DNA from: Antechinus flavipes
Lineage: Eukaryota
Direction: 5' to 3'
Length of the DNA: 64,000 nt
NCBI RefSeq assembly: GCF_016432865.1
Contig: NC_067402.1
Location: 160,332,001 to 160,396,000, forward strand
Under the pieces are notes generated by a model. It saw only the letters and a list, made by a program, of their open reading frames with translations. It was not told the origin of the DNA and did not search any database. The position numbers were made by a program, and so were the translations under genes. Position 1 is the stretch's first letter; every line of letters begins with the position of its first letter. Below are positions 63,311 through 64,000 of this stretch, piece by piece.

Positions 63311-64000
63311 TTTATAAATAAGTTTACAGCATAAAGATGAAAACAGGAATAGACTATCTATTTATGTCATAAAAATATGCATTCAGAAAGCTACAGACTC
63401 TTAAAAGTGGCTATAATCAATCACTCATGCAAGCATTTATTATTTTTTTAAATAGCTTTTTATTTACAAGTTATATGCATGAGTAATTTTACATTATTGA
63501 CAATTGACAACCTTTTTTTCCACATGCAATCATTTATTAAGTAAGTACTAGGCATTATAGAAGGATGTTGTCTATTAAAATAAAAATGAAATTGTCTCTG
63601 CTCTAAAATTTTACTTTCTATTGACAGAGACAACATATTCATAGATTCATACAAAGGCTATTCAAAGTAAATACAAGGTTAAAATTTGGGGAAGAATGCA
63701 TTAGAAATTGCAGGAGGGGAGGGATTAACAAAGGCTTCAGATAGAAGATAAGCAGAGTTCTGAAGGGGAAAAGAATTCTAAAATATGGAGGTGAGATAGG
63801 TATACATTCTAGGCATAGATTATAACCAGTGCAAAAGTACTGAGACAAGAAATAGAGTGTCATGTGGACAAACAGCAGGAAGAACAGTTTGGCTGCTCTT
63901 GTGTAGGAAGGGAAATATTTATTTTGGACAGGTACATTGAGGCAAAGTTGTGAAGGGGCTTTAAAAGCTGAAAGCAGGGATTTATGTTTGATCTTTGAAG

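Overview
Marsupial genomic DNA, most likely a dasyurid; this is inferred from WSINE1-type SINEs, MAR1, RTE and marsupial L1 3' ends. The window holds one recognisable protein-coding gene, TMEM243, on the minus strand. It has 4 coding exons (24187-24110, 3178-3128, 2019-1915, 457-335) with canonical GT-AG phase-0 introns and an intact 118-aa ORF, and its CpG-island promoter region lies at about 24.0-26.2 kb. The remaining ~38 kb upstream is repeat-rich intergenic DNA: L1, L2, CR1/L3, RTE, MIR/MAR1/WSINE1 SINEs, hAT/Charlie fossils and MITEs, at least 7 ERV LTRs and one 147-N gap. I found no convincing novel protein-coding system or non-retroviral viral insertion. The best leads are regulatory or TE-structural: (1) an inverted pair of NF-kB-like sites forming a perfect hairpin in the CpG island; (2) three uORFs ahead of the TMEM243 ATG; (3) a candidate poison exon in intron 1; (4) two same-family solo LTRs inserted head-to-head 222 bp apart; (5) a hAT MITE inserted inside one of those LTRs. 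Family names come from my own recognition of the sequence, not a database search, and boundaries of old repeats are approximate.
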